38,679 nucleotides of DNA from an uncultured Lachnospiraceae bacterium. GTDB taxonomy: Bacteria; Bacillota; Clostridia; Lachnospirales; Lachnospiraceae. Location of the stretch: contig CACZPL010000027.1 of NCBI GenBank assembly GCA_902783015.1, positions 1 through 38,679 on the forward strand, read 5' to 3'. The translations under genes were made by a program, and so were the position numbers. Shown in pieces: positions 36,975 through 38,679 of the stretch. Under the pieces are notes generated by a model, which was not told where the DNA came from, ran no database searches, and saw nothing but the letters and a program-made list of their open reading frames with translations. How positions within the stretch are numbered: position 1 is the first letter of the stretch; every line of letters starts with the position of its first letter.

Positions 36975-38594
36975 CTACCTGGGGGTTATGATCACGGCGC
37001 CGGTCTGGTCGGTGCGAAGGTAAGGGATATCGGCGGCTTCGAGTGCATCCGTGACTTCCTTATGCGGATGGCCGTAGGCACTGTTCTTTCCGCAGGAGAT
37101 GATCGCGAGGCCGTCTTCCTTGAGCATGGCATACAGGTCCTCCGACAGAGAGTTGCGAGAGCCGTGATGCGGGATTTTCAGCAGGTCCAGGCTGCCTGCC
37201 TCCGGCAGAAGCTTGTTTCCCCGGGCGAACATCACCTTGATCGCTTCCGTGCCCAGATCTCCGGTAAACAGCGCGCAGAGTACATCCGACTCGTAGAGCA
37301 GCACCAGACTGGCCTCGTTTTTATCCTCTGTCCGAAAGTCATTTGTCGGAAATACACAGCAAAGGCGAGATGTACCGTTCTCGATACAATCCCCCGCTCC
37401 GAGATACAAAACGGGGATTCCGCGCGCCTTTGCAAGAAGGATCAGCTCCCGATAATTCTCGTCCTTTACTACAGCCTCGGAAAACACAAGATGATCTATC
37501 TCCACGCCGCTGCTGATTCCCTGTTCGAGGACATAGATAAGCCCGCTGATATGGTCCGTGTCCGCATGGCTCACACACCAGTAATCCACGCGGTCCATGC
37601 CATAGTATTTCAGCGCAGGGGCAAGCACATAGGTCCCGACCTGCTTTTCCGACACGGAACCTCCGTCGATCACAACGTTAGCGCCGCCCTCCATGCGAAT
37701 CAGGATTCCGTCGCCCTGCCCCACATCGAGCAACACGATCCTTTCCCGCTGTATCAGAAAAGTGCTTACGCAGAATGCGCCGATTCCGATCAAAAACAGC
37801 ACGCAGGCAATGCCCACACGTATCCGCATCCGCAAAGGTCGCATCATTCTGCCGAAAAAGAAATAAACTGCCAACAGCAAGCAGGCATAATAAATCATAA
37901 GCGCTATTACGGAAACATGTCCCACGCAAAGCACGCTGCCCGGCAGGGAAAGCGTGGCGGTCAGTATACGCTCATAGAACACAAGCACAAGCTTTGACGG
38001 AAGCACGATCAGGCCCGCAAGAAACGGACTCACGAAAGAAACAAGAAGTGAGGCCGCACCGCTTCCCACGATCACGGGGAGCAGAAGGCATACCAGCAGA
38101 TTGATCAAGATCGCATAAGTCGGGATCGCACAATAGAAATACAGAACAAGCGGCGTGAGCACACTGTTTAACGCGATAGTCATTATTGCCGTCCGACACA
38201 GGCGAAAGCGAAGCTTATGATACTTTTTGAACAGCCTGCCACGCCTTGTCCTTTCGAAACGCCCCTGCATAAAGGTTCCGAGACACACACCGAGCACGGC
38301 GCCAAAGGACAACACCAGCCCCGTATCAAACAGACGGTTTTCACCTCCGAGCAGAATAAACATAAGTGCAAGCGCTGCGCCCGTCATCATGTCATAATGC
38401 CGTCCGAGAATATGGCCGAGTACTGCAAGCGCAAGCATAATGATCGCGCGGAGCGTAGAAAAGGAAAGCCCGGTCAGAAGGCCGTAGCAAATCATCAGCA
38501 CCACCGTGATCACTCCGGACATGGCAAAGGGCAGCCCTGCCGCAAGGAGCATGGCATTTACGACACCGCCGAGCATGGATACATGCAACCCCGA
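36975..38594 (-). CDS. comEC: ComEC/Rec2 competence protein, 3' portion (interrupted at the SGLH motif)
   Basis: SGLHV, STLRA.IM, GLVLSF; metallo-beta-lactamase domain LDVGQGD, IDGG, SHADTDH, LFTGD, KIPHHGS, NSAYGHP. No N-terminal half in frame. Confidence 0.9.
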   Translation of the reverse strand, partial: SGLHVSMLGGVVNAMLLAAGLPFAMSGVITVVLMICYGLLTGLSFSTLRAIIMLALAVLGHILGRHYDMMTGAALALMFILLGGENRLFDTGLVLSFGAVLGVCLGTFMQGRFERTRRGRLFKKYHKLRFRLCRTAIMTIALNSVLTPLVLYFYCAIPTYAILINLLVCLLLPVIVGSGAASLLVSFVSPFLAGLIVLPSKLVLVFYERILTATLSLPGSVLCVGHVSVIALMIYYACLLLAVYFFFGRMMRPLRMRIRVGIACVLFLIGIGAFCVSTFLIQRERIVLLDVGQGDGILIRMEGGANVVIDGGSVSEKQVGTYVLAPALKYYGMDRVDYWCVSHADTDHISGLIYVLEQGISSGVEIDHLVFSEAVVKDENYRELILLAKARGIPVLYLGAGDCIENGTSRLCCVFPTNDFRTEDKNEASLVLLYESDVLCALFTGDLGTEAIKVMFARGNKLLPEAGSLDLLKIPHHGSRNSLSEDLYAMLKEDGLAIISCGKNSAYGHPHKEVTDALEAADIPYLRTDQTGAVIITPR

Positions 38595-38679
38595 CTGACG
38601 TTTGACTGTGGTAACAAATTCACGTAAGTGGGTTTCGTGTAATCGTTACCCCTATATAATAGAAGGAAAATGTGCGAAA
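38595..38679. mobile_element. Probable end of an element inserted in comEC (runs off the window)
   Basis: Abrupt loss of ComEC homology, in-frame TAA at 38646-38648, more AT-rich sequence, imperfect IR 38610-38624/38636-38650. Confidence 0.5.

Noticed and set aside
3290-37997. Long plus-strand ORFs such as 3290-4369, 10597-11532, 13781-14887, 16813-17997, 23676-24950 and 36960-37997
   Set aside because: They are antisense shadows of well-supported minus-strand genes, expected from GC-biased codon usage, and carry no recognisable motifs.
38595-38679. 3' end of a group II or group I intron
   Set aside because: There is no domain V AGC/CGC triad hairpin or AY terminus. GTAACGATTA...CAGTC resembles a group I P7 only weakly, with mismatches and an over-long J8/7. 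Not called, though not fully excluded.

Overview
Chromosomal core-genome window from a Clostridia-class Firmicute, most like a gut or rumen Lachnospiraceae; this is inferred from gene content, sigma-A promoters and GGAGG ribosome-binding sites. Almost every gene is on the minus strand. From left to right: convergent tRNA-Gln(CTG) and tRNA-Arg(ACG) around a nested inverted-repeat element; a minimal carrier-protein cluster (Sfp-type PPTase, BtrH-like papain-fold protein, ACP); a MarR-controlled heterodimeric ABC exporter; a BMP binding protein plus a large S-component/beta-propeller/HD-GYP sensor; CorC/HlyC and DUF1836; a protein with an FrpC-like Asp-Pro self-processing ('clip-and-link') module behind a likely sigma-28 promoter; YerC; alpha-amylase. 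Then comes a long tightly packed run (AMMECR1/Memo fusion, trpS, ABC-F, GHKL/LytTR pair, GDPD, queA, pheT, pheS, membrane protein, leuS, DUF4250, degenerate CbiT-like, AI-2E permease). The window ends with a single plus-strand AAA/DUF4143 ATPase that has a degenerate nuclease motif, and the 3' part of comEC, which breaks abruptly at its conserved SGLH motif. The best candidates for something new are the self-processing-module protein, the comEC interruption, the ACP/BtrH-like mini-system and the S-component-fused HD-GYP sensor. All family calls come from recognising motifs by eye; no database searches were run.
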